From Alphaproteobacteria bacterium (GTDB lineage: Bacteria > Pseudomonadota > Alphaproteobacteria > UBA2966): a stretch of 64,000 bases of DNA. Where the stretch lies: the NCBI GenBank assembly GCA_964291395.2, contig OZ219858.1, forward strand, positions 1,216,001 through 1,280,000, written 5' to 3'. Position 1 is the stretch's first letter; each line of letters starts with the position of its first letter. Under the pieces are notes generated by a model, which saw nothing but the letters and a program-made list of their open reading frames with translations, made no database searches and was not told the DNA's origin. A program made the position numbers and the translations under genes. Positions 19,957-29,411 of this stretch are shown in pieces.

Positions 19957-20601
19957 ATGGACAGGAAATCGGAACAGCACCCGCGCCCGCCGGTCGGCGC
20001 GGACTCCTTTATCTACGATCCTGAGCTCGCATCCTCGGAGCCGCCGCCGCATCTGACAGCGATTCCGGAGGGCGCGCTGGCGGAGAGACTGCGGTTGCTT
20101 ATCGCCGTCGAGGCGGTTTTCGAGCGGATATTTTACGTCTTCATCATCGCGTTCGGGCTCTGTCTCGCTGCCCTGATGTTCACCCAGGTGGTGCTCCGAT
20201 ACGTCTTCGCATCGCCCTTCGTCGGCATCGAGGAGCTCTCGCTCCTGTTCGGCGCTTGGTTCTACTTCCTCGGCATCGCCTATGTAACGCGGAACGGCGA
20301 GCACATACATGGCGGCATCCTGACCATGGTGGTGGCGAACCGGAACGCGATACGCGCGGTCCGGCTCGCCATGACCGTGCTCGGCATCGCGGCCTGCGTG
20401 GTGTTCGGTTACTTCGCCATCAACTATGCCCTGTTTGAGATCCAGACCGGCCGGCTCAGCTCCTACATGCGCTGGCCCAAGGGCTGGTGGTCGGCGTCCC
20501 TCATCATCGGCTTCATCGGCACCGCGTTGTACATGGTGCTCCAGGCCGTGAACCAGGCGGTCGACCTCGTCGTCTACCTGCGCGAGGAGACGGAGGTATA
20601 G
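19957..20601 (+). CDS. dctQ: TRAP transporter small permease
   Basis: Four hydrophobic segments, QVVLRYVF, EELS, GEHI. Confidence 0.88.
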   Translation: MDRKSEQHPRPPVGADSFIYDPELASSEPPPHLTAIPEGALAERLRLLIAVEAVFERIFYVFIIAFGLCLAALMFTQVVLRYVFASPFVGIEELSLLFGAWFYFLGIAYVTRNGEHIHGGILTMVVANRNAIRAVRLAMTVLGIAACVVFGYFAINYALFEIQTGRLSSYMRWPKGWWSASLIIGFIGTALYMVLQAVNQAVDLVVYLREETEV

Positions 20602-20603
20602 CC

Positions 20604-21908
20604 ATGCTGGCCTTCGTGATCTCCCTTGCGCTCATCGTCTTGCTGTTGCTCGCGGAGATGCCGATCGCCTTCGCCTTCGGGATCGGCGCGCTGGTCTTCG
20701 GCGTCTGGTCGGGATCGGACGTGTCATTCCTCATCCCCTACGCTTACCAGACCACCTCAAGCTTCGCCCTGCTCGCCTTGCCCCTGTTCGTCATGGCCGG
20801 GACGCTGATGGCACAGGGCGGGATCTCGGACCGCCTTCTCGCCTTCGTCAACGCCTTCATCGGCCGGCTCAAGGGCGGGCTCGGGGCTGTGACGGTGGTG
20901 ACCTGTGCGCTGTTCGGGGCGATCTCCGGCTCGTCGTCGGCCGCCATCGCGGCGATCGGCCAGATCATGATCCCGCGTATGATCAAGGAGGGATATCCGG
21001 CCGGCCACGCCACCGCGCTGGTCGCCTGCTCGTCGGTCCTCGCGTTGATGATTCCGCCCTCGATCCCGATGATCGTCTTCGCGGTGACCGGGGGGATTTC
21101 CGTAGGTGCGGCCTTCCTCTCGACCGTGATCCCGGGCGCCATCCTGACCCTCGTCTATGTCGGTCTTAACTTTCTGTTCCTGAGAAAGGTCGACACGATC
21201 ACCGTCGAGGAGCGGATTTCTCTGCCACAGGCGGTGAGGCGGATCGGCCGGACCGGCAAGGAAGCCTTCTGGGCGCTGCTGATGCCGGTCATCATCCTCG
21301 GGACCATCTACTCCGGCATCGCCACGCCGACCGAGGCCGCCGCCATTGCGCTGGTCTTCGCGCTTGCCGTTGGGTTCCTGATCTATCGCGGGCTCACGTT
21401 CAGCAACTTCCCCTCGACCATGGCCCGCGCCGCGATCACCACCGGATCGATCGTCGCCGTGCTGTTCTTCCTGTTCGTGATGAGCCGCGCGATGATCCTC
21501 CAGCAGGTGCCGAAGGAGGTCGCCGACACGCTGGTCGCGTTGACCGAGAACCGGATCCTCGCGCTGCTGATCATCAACGTCATTCTGCTGCTGATCGGCA
21601 TGATCGTCGACGACGTGTCCGGCAGCGTCCTTGCCGCAATCGTCCTGTTGCCGGTGGCAACGGAGATCGGTGTGCATCCCATCCACTTCGCGGCCATCGT
21701 CGGCACCAATCTCGGCCTGGGCAACGTTTCGCCGCCCTGCGCGCCGATGCTCTACATGGCGGCCGGGGTGAGCAAGCTCACGCTGGACAAGTACTTCATG
21801 CCGACCATGAAACTCCTGACGTTCGGCCACCTTCCGATGGTACTCATCGTCACATTCATCCCCGAACTCTCGCTCACCCTGCCGAGGATGATCCTGGGGA
21901 TCGCGTAG
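20604..21908 (+). CDS. dctM: TRAP transporter large permease
   Basis: LALPLFVMAG, GAISGSS, IPPSIP, ATPTEAA, HPIHF, SPP. Confidence 0.93.
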   Translation: MLAFVISLALIVLLLLAEMPIAFAFGIGALVFGVWSGSDVSFLIPYAYQTTSSFALLALPLFVMAGTLMAQGGISDRLLAFVNAFIGRLKGGLGAVTVVTCALFGAISGSSSAAIAAIGQIMIPRMIKEGYPAGHATALVACSSVLALMIPPSIPMIVFAVTGGISVGAAFLSTVIPGAILTLVYVGLNFLFLRKVDTITVEERISLPQAVRRIGRTGKEAFWALLMPVIILGTIYSGIATPTEAAAIALVFALAVGFLIYRGLTFSNFPSTMARAAITTGSIVAVLFFLFVMSRAMILQQVPKEVADTLVALTENRILALLIINVILLLIGMIVDDVSGSVLAAIVLLPVATEIGVHPIHFAAIVGTNLGLGNVSPPCAPMLYMAAGVSKLTLDKYFMPTMKLLTFGHLPMVLIVTFIPELSLTLPRMILGIA

Positions 21909-21979
21909 TCGAACGAAGCGCGCCGCTTGAGACGGCGTACCACGTCGTCGTCGAGTTGCCGCACGTTGATGGTCGCCAT
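21909..21979 (-). pseudogene. FitA/StbC-like ribbon-helix-helix antitoxin, 3'-truncated
   Basis: MATINVRQLDDDVVRRLKRRAS, cut off where it meets the dctM stop. Confidence 0.7.
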
Positions 21980-21996
21980 CGCACTGTTTTCCAGCA

Positions 21997-22019
21997 CATG
22001 CTATCAAAATGACGGCATG
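21997..22019. promoter_or_regulatory. Putative FitA-type operator (imperfect inverted repeat)
   Basis: CATGCTATCA-aaa-TGACGGCATG (8/10 palindrome) containing the TGCTATCA half-site, just upstream of the fitA stub. Confidence 0.5.
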
Positions 22020-22126
22020 CCGTGCCGGAACGGCAAGCGCCACGTCGGCGAGCAATGGGACCTTTGTGTTCACCGCCCGACCGCTTCCCGTGCCGACGCC
22101 CGGAAGCCGCGTAAAGCGCGGGGCTC

Positions 22127-23404
22127 TCAGAAGAAGACGTAGGAGCGGACCACGACGTTCTTGCGGCAGGGCGCGTCGGCGGGCGCGGTCGGGTCGATGC
22201 AGGCCGTGTGGAAGGACCAGCGCGACACGGAGCCGTCGGTGACGGAGTCGTAGCACTTGAGCATCGAGACTTCGGTCGGTTTCTGCCGGGGAAACCAGTA
22301 CCACTCGTGGTCGGGGCGGTAGGTGAAGCGGGTGGTCTCACCGACGCGGTCGTCGTAGACGCGATAGTTCGTGATGTAGGGCTGGTCGGCGAAAGAGGGC
22401 CAGGCGCACAGCACGAAGGGGAACTGACCCACGGTCTCCATCGGCTTGGCAAGGTTGAGCGACATGAAGCGCCGCGACATCTTCGCTTCGGCCTCCGCCT
22501 CCGTGTAATGCTGCTCGCGCCCGAAGTTCCGCAGATTCATCGTCAGCAGCTCGCGGCAGCGCACGCGGCCGCTGTTGTCGTTCAGGTCGTTGTGCACGAG
22601 GTTGACGTAACTGGCGTTCACGCCCGGGTTCTTGGCGTCCTGGTCTTCCGTGCGGTCGCCCTGATAATCCTTGTCGAAGACGTCGTGGTTGTAGACGAGC
22701 GCATCGGTGGCATCCGGGAAAAACTCCAGAAGGAGCTTCTCGATCTCCGGGTAGAACACACGCTCCACCTCCGCCGAGTCGTAGAAGTTCCTGCAACTGG
22801 ACTTGAAGTGGGCCAGGGAGACGCCAAGCTTGTCCATACATTCGGGACTGTCGACCGATAGACCCGGATAGTACTCTCCGATGCGCCGCCCATCGCGCAC
22901 CACCTGCGGGAAGTAGAGACTGCGATCCCGGTTGTACTCTTCGGCCTCGCCCAACAGCTTCGCCTCGGCCTCACGCGCCGGATCCTGCCAGAGCGAGTTG
23001 GACGGCACGATGATGTAGGACGGTCGCTCGTAGACGGTGTAGCGCAGCGGAAGCGCCAAGCCGCCTTCAGGGGCTTCGATCTTGTTCGCCAGAATATAGT
23101 CGAGGCAGTCCTCATACTCACGGAATCCAAGGCCCCACTTGGTCTCGATGGGTCCCTGGGGCGTACTTTCGATCCAATCGATAAACGCTTTCGCATGCCC
23201 TTCGGCAATCTGGTCGAGCGCCGCCTCGATCGCCGCGCCTGTTCCCGCATCTCCGTCCCGATCGAATGACATGTAGGACAATCCGCCATTCGCTGCGATG
23301 GGCGGGGGCTGTCCTTCCGTGAGTTGGAGGGGCGGCACATAGACCGATGAACATGCCTCCTCATCCGTGGCAACGTGATCCTCGATGGTTTCGTGAGGTT
23401 TCAA
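22127..23404 (-). CDS. CmcJ/NvfI-family oxidoreductase with extra N-terminal domain
   Basis: VHND, HEWYWFP, MLKCYDS, FHTACIDPTAPADAPCRKNVVVR; TTG start after GGAGG inferred. Confidence 0.75.
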   Translation of the reverse strand: MKPHETIEDHVATDEEACSSVYVPPLQLTEGQPPPIAANGGLSYMSFDRDGDAGTGAAIEAALDQIAEGHAKAFIDWIESTPQGPIETKWGLGFREYEDCLDYILANKIEAPEGGLALPLRYTVYERPSYIIVPSNSLWQDPAREAEAKLLGEAEEYNRDRSLYFPQVVRDGRRIGEYYPGLSVDSPECMDKLGVSLAHFKSSCRNFYDSAEVERVFYPEIEKLLLEFFPDATDALVYNHDVFDKDYQGDRTEDQDAKNPGVNASYVNLVHNDLNDNSGRVRCRELLTMNLRNFGREQHYTEAEAEAKMSRRFMSLNLAKPMETVGQFPFVLCAWPSFADQPYITNYRVYDDRVGETTRFTYRPDHEWYWFPRQKPTEVSMLKCYDSVTDGSVSRWSFHTACIDPTAPADAPCRKNVVVRSYVFF

Positions 23405-23752
23405 AGCATGTCCTCCGGTCAAAGACCCGTCGTCACGATACATAGGATAGGCAAATTCCGAGACTCGAGCCCGATCGAGGTGATTGTATCGCAGTCCTTC
23501 AGTACGTGTAGCCGCGTAGCCGCGCTTTGGGCAAGATTGCGTCGGTCACCAATCTTCTGTTGCCGCATCTATCCGCTCCAAAAGGCCTACCCCAACCTCG
23601 TCGGGACCGGCCGCCTCGAGGCGAACGCCGGGCGGCTCTCGCGGGTCCGGACGTGAGCCGATCCGAGCGATCGTTGATCTCCCATAACCTGTTGATATAA
23701 AAGAGTTTTGAATCGAACTTTGCGATAGCTGAACGCGGGAGCGCAGATCATT

Positions 23753-24517
23753 ATGCGATTGGCGGGAAAGGTCGCCCTGCTCACCGGGGGCGGTGGCGGA
23801 ATCGGCGGGGCGACGGCCGTTCGCTTCGCGGAGGAAGGCGCGCGGGTCGTCGTCGGCGACATCAATCGGGAGCTCGGCGCCGAGGTGGCAGCAAAAGCCA
23901 AGGAAGCCGCAGGAAACAACGGCGGCGACGCGATCTTCGTCGGGCTCGACGTCACCGAGCACGACAGCGTCAGGAACGCAGTCGACACGGCCGTGGACCG
24001 CTATGGCGGGCTCCACGTGCTCTACAACCTGGCCGGCGGATCGACCCCGGAGGACGGTCCGGTGACGGAAGTGAGCGACGAGGAGTTCTGGCGCTGCATC
24101 AAGCTCGATCTGTTCGGCACCTTCCTCTGCTGCAAGTACGGCATCCCGGCGATCGAGAAGTCCGGCGGCGGCTCGGTCATCAACATGTCCTCGAACGTGG
24201 CGCTGATGGCCGTGCTGGGGCGGGATTCGTACACGGCCGCGAAGGGTGGCGTGGCCGCGCTGACCCGCTCGCTCGCGGTGCAGTACGCGCCAGGCAGGGT
24301 CCGCGTCAACGCCATCGCGCCCTCGATCACGCTCTCCGAGAGAGTGAAGAAGTTTCTTGAGATTTCCCCCGATCTGCAGAGCCTTGCGGACCAGCATCTG
24401 CTCGGACCCGGGCAGCCCATCCACGTCGCCAACATGGCGGTCTACCTGGCCTCGGACGAGTCCGAGATCACCACGGGACAGGTCATTTCGGTCGACAGCG
24501 GCGTGACCATCTACTGA
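23753..24517 (+). CDS. SDR family NAD(P)-dependent oxidoreductase
   Basis: TGGGGGIG, NLAGGS, YTAAKGG, VRVNAIAP. Confidence 0.93.
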   Translation: MRLAGKVALLTGGGGGIGGATAVRFAEEGARVVVGDINRELGAEVAAKAKEAAGNNGGDAIFVGLDVTEHDSVRNAVDTAVDRYGGLHVLYNLAGGSTPEDGPVTEVSDEEFWRCIKLDLFGTFLCCKYGIPAIEKSGGGSVINMSSNVALMAVLGRDSYTAAKGGVAALTRSLAVQYAPGRVRVNAIAPSITLSERVKKFLEISPDLQSLADQHLLGPGQPIHVANMAVYLASDESEITTGQVISVDSGVTIY

Positions 24518-24595
24518 GGTTTTCCCGGCCGCTCCGGCATTCTCCGCCGATCGCGGCGGCGGCCCAAACGTCAATCCGCCGAAACGCGATCCGTG

Positions 24596-25762
24596 CTAAA
24601 AGCTCGCGCCGGCGATGCCGATGGTGGATTGTCCGGTGCCGAAAAGTTCCGTGTAGGTGGCCTTGCCGTTGGCGACGGCGAGGATCTCCTCGTAGATGCG
24701 CCGGCCGCCTTCCTCGATCGAGATCTCTCCGGTCAGGATGCCGCTCACCGAGACGTCCAGGTCGTCCGGCGCGTTCCCGGCCGTCGCAGGGTTGCCGCTG
24801 ATCTTGACCGTGGGGACGAACGGATGCGCCGAGGGCTGTCCGAGGCCGGTGTTGAACCCGATGATCTGGGCCCCGCCGGCCGCCAGGCCCGTCATCGACT
24901 CGCAGGCCGGCGACGGCGTGCTCATGAAATAAAAGCCGGGCGGGTCGGGGATGACCGGGTCGCAGTACCCCACGACGCCCTGCAGGGGCTTGCTGCCGCC
25001 TTTCTTGACCGCGCCGAGGGACTTTTCCGCAAGCGTCGTCAGGCCGCCCTCGATGTTGTCGGCCGAAGGATTGCCGCGGCGGATGTCGGGGACACCCGCC
25101 CGGCGGGCCAGCTCCTCCATCTCGGCGATGGCGTCGATGATATCGGAGGCCGCCTTGTCGTCGACGGCACGCTCGGCCATGAGGTGTTCGGCCCCCATGA
25201 TCTCGGCGGTCTCCGACAGCACGACCGAGCCGCCGGCCTCCATGAGCAGGTCCGCGGCGTGGCCGAGGGCGGGATTCCCGGCGATGCCGCTCGAGAAGTC
25301 GGAGCCGCCGCACTCGACCCCCATGACGAGACTGGAGAGCGGCTGCTCGCTGCGCTGTACGCCGGATACCTTCTTGGCCATCTTCGCGGCGATCAGCGTG
25401 CCCTGTTCGATGGTGCGGAGCGTGCCGCCGATGTCCTGATAGACGACACACTCCACGTCCTTGCCCGCCGCGGCGATGGGTTCGGCGAACGTCTCGGCGG
25501 AGACACCGTGGAGCGTCACCAGGATCACGCCGCCGAGATTCGGGTTCGTGGCCATGCCATGGATCGCCTTGAGACGCATTTCGTGGTTGAGCCCGATCAG
25601 CTTGCGGCCGAAGAGGTCGGTGACGAGCTCGGTGCCGCGGACGTTCCCGGCGATCTTGCGGGAGATGCCGTTGACGTTGTCCATCAGCGCGATGACGCCG
25701 ACGGTGTTCCGGATGCCGGCGGACCCGTCGCTGCGCGGATAACCATGGAACATGGGGCTCAC
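24596..25762 (-). CDS. UxaA/GarD/SuyB-family dehydratase large subunit
   Basis: GYPRSDGSAGIRN, NPNLGG, ECGGSDFSSG, LSETAE, NIEGGLTTLAEKSLGAVKKGG. Confidence 0.9.
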   Translation of the reverse strand: MSPMFHGYPRSDGSAGIRNTVGVIALMDNVNGISRKIAGNVRGTELVTDLFGRKLIGLNHEMRLKAIHGMATNPNLGGVILVTLHGVSAETFAEPIAAAGKDVECVVYQDIGGTLRTIEQGTLIAAKMAKKVSGVQRSEQPLSSLVMGVECGGSDFSSGIAGNPALGHAADLLMEAGGSVVLSETAEIMGAEHLMAERAVDDKAASDIIDAIAEMEELARRAGVPDIRRGNPSADNIEGGLTTLAEKSLGAVKKGGSKPLQGVVGYCDPVIPDPPGFYFMSTPSPACESMTGLAAGGAQIIGFNTGLGQPSAHPFVPTVKISGNPATAGNAPDDLDVSVSGILTGEISIEEGGRRIYEEILAVANGKATYTELFGTGQSTIGIAGASF

Positions 25763-25813
25763 GCCTCCCGCGCCGTTCGTTCCGCAACGAATGGAACCAT
25801 CGCTCTCACCAGC

Positions 25814-26095
25814 CTAGTCTACGACGTTGTGGGTGTGGACGTGTTGGCCCGGCGCGACCGCGGTGGACGCCTTGCCGATGACCTCGCCGTACTTGCGGAC
25901 GGCATCGCCGCTGGCGATCTCCTCGAGCGCGATCTTGTGGCCGCGCGGGATGGCGTCGGCGGCCGTTACGGTGATGACGTCCGGCCCCGACTTCACCGAG
26001 ACATCCGCGCCGGCCTCGACGGCGTGAAGGCAGGTCGCGACGTTGTCGCTCGTGTCGACGGCGATGGCATCGATCGCGGCGCCGGCGGAGGTCAC
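25814..26095 (-). CDS. UxaA/SuyA-type SAF-domain small subunit
   Basis: DNVAT, IPRGHKIAL, VRKYGEVIG, GQHVHTHNV. Confidence 0.88.
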   Translation of the reverse strand: MTSAGAAIDAIAVDTSDNVATCLHAVEAGADVSVKSGPDVITVTAADAIPRGHKIALEEIASGDAVRKYGEVIGKASTAVAPGQHVHTHNVVD

Positions 26096-26217
26096 GCGAC
26101 CGACGCTCCGGATTCCGCGGCGAGGCTGTCCCGCGTCCAGGCCCGAGGCTCCCCCACCGACCGGCGCAGGATCCCGGTGGGCTGGTCCCGGGCCTCCAGT
26201 TCACGATCGACGGTCAT
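26092..26217 (-). pseudogene. Collapsed gene remnant; 5' part resembles a TauD/TfdA dioxygenase N-terminus
   Basis: GAGGAG RBS and a 41-aa ORF MTVDRELEARDQPTGILRRSVGEPRAWTRDSLAAESGASVA ending in a GTGA overlap with the SAF gene. Confidence 0.45.
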
Positions 26218-26259
26218 GGTCCGCTCCTCGCGATCGTCGTGAGCCGGCAGAACGGGTCC

Positions 26260-27603
26260 TCAATGCATCCTTGCGCCCGGAGGGCAAAGTCGCTCCGCGG
26301 GATGCGCGAACCCGGTTTGAGCCATCTCTTCCAGCAGCATAGCGATGACGTGCTTTCGCCCCAAGCGCTGCGCCGAATCGGCCAGGATCTGCGTAAACAG
26401 ATTGCGCTGGGCGTGGCTGCCGCCGATCTGCCACAGGCTGTGCCGCGCCGGCAGCAGGTTTCCAAGCACCGCTTCATGGTCGCCGCGCTGGTGCGCGATG
26501 GCACCCTCCGCCGCCGGCAGGACCGCCGAGCGAACGCGGGCCGCGTTGTTGGTCTCGTCCGTGGACGCGTAGCCCCGCAGGGCCGTCAGGTAAGCTTCCA
26601 GGGCCGCGTCGCGGCCGGCCGCCGCCAAGGCGGTCGCGACATGGGCGCTGGAGAGCGGCGCGGCATGGTTGCCGATACGATCTTCGGCGAGATCGGCTAC
26701 CGCCTCCCAACGGTCGCCGACGTCGTACCCGTACATGTCGAGATGCTTCAACAGGTCGACGGCATTCTGAAAATCGCCGTAATGACCGGGATTGGCCCTG
26801 ATCAGCGGTGCCTCGGGATTGTGGACGTCGCGGTCGTAGATCTCCAGGACCGTGCCGAACTCACCCCGCAGCAGGTGGAACAGGCTGCGGTGCCACCACA
26901 AATGATGCACGAAGTTGTTGAGTTCCGCCCAATGGTCCTTGAGGCCATCGAGCCAGGCGATGCCGTCCTCGTGGCGTCCCTGCATCTCCATGACATGGGC
27001 GACCGCGTGCGCGCCCCAGCCGTTCGTGGGGTCGCGCTCCACCGCGTCACGCCCGTACCGTTCGGCGTCGGCGTAGAGGCCGTTCTCCTCGCAGCCGAAG
27101 GCGCGCATCGCCTGGAACGCGCTGAAACCGGGCACGTCGGTGGACCAGGCCGGTGCGCCGCGCTCGACGATATTGCGCATCCACACGGACTCGCCGATCC
27201 AGAACAACTCGAACTGGGCCAGGCGATGGGCTAGCAGGTCGCGAGGATTAGCCGCCAGGATCATCTCGTAATGGCTGACCGCATCCAGGGTGCGGCCGCG
27301 GATCAAGGCCGAGAGCGCCGCCAGGTAGCCCTTTTCCCGCTCGGTGGCGCCGCCGCTCGCCGCTTCCGCGGCATCCAATTCGGCTTGCGCTTCCCGATAG
27401 CGATGCGGCAGTCGGACGCCGACGATGAGCAGGCCCTTCATGACGCGTGCCAGAACGCAGCCGGGGTCCGCCTCCAGCGCCGCGTTCACGTGAGCCATGG
27501 TGTCCAACCTGTGACTGACGAGACTCGCGGCCGCGCGGCTCAACGCCTCGGCGGCGCCGGCGCTCGACGTCGTCAGTTCCAGGCCGCGGTCGTCGCGTTG
27601 CAC
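26260..27603 (-). CDS. TTC38-like tetratricopeptide repeat protein
   Basis: PRDLLA, AFGCEENG, WGAHAVAHVMEMQGR, HLWWHRSLFHL, IGGSHAQR. Confidence 0.85.
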   Translation of the reverse strand: MQRDDRGLELTTSSAGAAEALSRAAASLVSHRLDTMAHVNAALEADPGCVLARVMKGLLIVGVRLPHRYREAQAELDAAEAASGGATEREKGYLAALSALIRGRTLDAVSHYEMILAANPRDLLAHRLAQFELFWIGESVWMRNIVERGAPAWSTDVPGFSAFQAMRAFGCEENGLYADAERYGRDAVERDPTNGWGAHAVAHVMEMQGRHEDGIAWLDGLKDHWAELNNFVHHLWWHRSLFHLLRGEFGTVLEIYDRDVHNPEAPLIRANPGHYGDFQNAVDLLKHLDMYGYDVGDRWEAVADLAEDRIGNHAAPLSSAHVATALAAAGRDAALEAYLTALRGYASTDETNNAARVRSAVLPAAEGAIAHQRGDHEAVLGNLLPARHSLWQIGGSHAQRNLFTQILADSAQRLGRKHVIAMLLEEMAQTGFAHPAERLCPPGARMH

Positions 27604-27617
27604 GATTCTGGCTCGGA

Positions 27618-27730
27618 CTAGACGGCGAGTCCCGCCTCGGCGTCCTTGAACCGCCGCGCAACGAATTCCTGCCGCTCCATGCCGCGGTAGGCGTCACCCT
27701 CCAACATGGCCTCGGTCAGGCGCGCGTCCC
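27618..27730 (-). pseudogene. Probable 3' remnant of a deleted gene
   Basis: Coding-like frame DARLTEAMLEGDAYRGMERQEFVARRFKDAEAGLAV* fills the gap between the Rieske stop and TTC38 start. Confidence 0.3.
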
Positions 27731-29146
27731 CTATTCCGCCGCCTCGAGATAGCCGCCGTCCAAGTCGTCGAAGCGAGCGCGGATGTGCTCCTCGCGGTTG
27801 GCGCTGGGGACGTCGTCGCCTTCCTGCATGATCGCGAAGACCTGCTGGCCCACGCGACGCATCAACTCCAGATCGTCCTTGCCCGGCTCCGGAGGCACGT
27901 TCATCACGGAATCCTGAGTGTAGGTATGGAGCCTGTTCCTCCCGCTCCCGTCGATCTCCAGCGATTCGTGCGGCGGCGTGTTCCCGCGGACGCATTCGCG
28001 CAGGAGCTTGCGGCACATGTAAACCCCGGCGTCAGCGGAACCCGGGTTCTCGTAATCGTGGATGGCGATGGCGCGCTGGCCGATCAGCGCCTCGTAGTCG
28101 CCGGGCGCGCGCTGGCCTTCCTCGTAAGTGCGATTGCCCACGACGCCGCCGAGAAAGTCGAGCTTTTCGTAACCGACCTCCTCTTCCTTTCCGAGGCGGA
28201 GCGGGTCGACCTCGTCGTTGAAGTGGCGCCAGCCGAGGACCAGCATGTTCTCGTCGTCGACGGGAACGTGCCAGCGCGTCCACACGGTTTGCGAACGCCG
28301 CGACGTCCGCGCCGAAGGAAACGTGCAGCCGATCTGCAGGTAATTCGGAAAGATGGTTTCGACGATGCGGACCCACACCGTCCGCTGGTCGGGATTGCGC
28401 CGGCTGGCGATGAAGCACATGCCGTTTCCGCCGCGGGTCTTCTCCCAATCGAGCGCCGGCTGCTCGGTGAAGCCCATGGGCGCCGCGTAGTCCATGCCTT
28501 CGATCTCGGAGGCGTTCACGCCCTCGACTGTCATCATCTGCGGGTTGTGCAGGGTGCCGACGTGGAGGTGGTCCATGATGTTCTCGTAGACCTGCAGCCA
28601 GTTGCAGGGGCTGAAGATCGACATGGGCAGAAGCTTGTTGCTGTCGGGCCGGTGATAGGTGTCGTACTCGGGGAATTCCGGCTTCTCCTCGGGTGGTCCC
28701 ATGTAGGCGAACACCAGCCCGTCGCGCTCGAACGCCGGATAGGACCCGTGATAGACGGTCTCGTAGATCCTGCTGTCCTCGGGCTCCGCCGGCATCTCAA
28801 GGATCGTGCCGTCGATGTCGTAGACCCAGCCGTGGTAGCAGCAGCGGATGCCCTTGGGCTGGATGATGCCGTACTCGAGCGACGTGCCCCGGTGGCTGCA
28901 ATGGCGCTGCAGGACGCCGACGCGGCCCGAGCGGTCGCGGAAGGCGACGAGGTCCTCGCTCATGATACGGATGGCGAGCGGAACGTCGGTGAGCTGTTCC
29001 GACATGCAGACCGGCTGCCAGTGCTTGCGCATGAGCTCACCCATCGGCGTACCCGGACCCGTGTGGGTAAGCTCCGGATCGTGCGCCGGTATCCCTGTTT
29101 TGTAGTAGGCGCCGTAAGGGATGTGGACGGGCCTGTCCTTACTCAT
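27731..29146 (-). CDS. Rieske non-heme iron oxygenase alpha subunit (paralog of 11325-12710)
   Basis: LTHTGPGTPMGELMRKHW, HCSHRGTSL...RCCYHGW, ENIMDHLHVGTLH. Confidence 0.92.
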   Translation of the reverse strand: MSKDRPVHIPYGAYYKTGIPAHDPELTHTGPGTPMGELMRKHWQPVCMSEQLTDVPLAIRIMSEDLVAFRDRSGRVGVLQRHCSHRGTSLEYGIIQPKGIRCCYHGWVYDIDGTILEMPAEPEDSRIYETVYHGSYPAFERDGLVFAYMGPPEEKPEFPEYDTYHRPDSNKLLPMSIFSPCNWLQVYENIMDHLHVGTLHNPQMMTVEGVNASEIEGMDYAAPMGFTEQPALDWEKTRGGNGMCFIASRRNPDQRTVWVRIVETIFPNYLQIGCTFPSARTSRRSQTVWTRWHVPVDDENMLVLGWRHFNDEVDPLRLGKEEEVGYEKLDFLGGVVGNRTYEEGQRAPGDYEALIGQRAIAIHDYENPGSADAGVYMCRKLLRECVRGNTPPHESLEIDGSGRNRLHTYTQDSVMNVPPEPGKDDLELMRRVGQQVFAIMQEGDDVPSANREEHIRARFDDLDGGYLEAAE

Positions 29147-29347
29147 GTCGATTCCTCTCGCAGAAGACCGATGGAGCGCGAGTGCAACGATTTCGCGAAG
29201 CCGGGTCGGACCTTCGGCCCCCGAGGGCCGCCGCAACCGTCTCGAGGAGGATGATATCCGCTCGGCAAGGGTCATGCCTAGCGTGTTTCCAGTTCGGTTG
29301 AAACCGCCGGAGGGCGACTCGGCGACGTCTCCGAATCCACCCCCTTA

Positions 29348-29385
29348 CTCCCTTCCCCTCGCGGGGGAGGGGCGGGCGGGAGTGT
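29348..29385. repeat. Alphaproteobacterial-type palindromic extragenic element
   Basis: CTCCCTTCCCCTCGCGGGGGAGGGGCGGGCGGGAGTGT resembles the CCCTCCCC-N-GGGGAGGG-N-GGGGTGGGG repeats; single copy in this window. Confidence 0.5.
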
Positions 29386-29411
29386 GTTCGGACTGGTTCC
29401 GAGGGCAGTGC

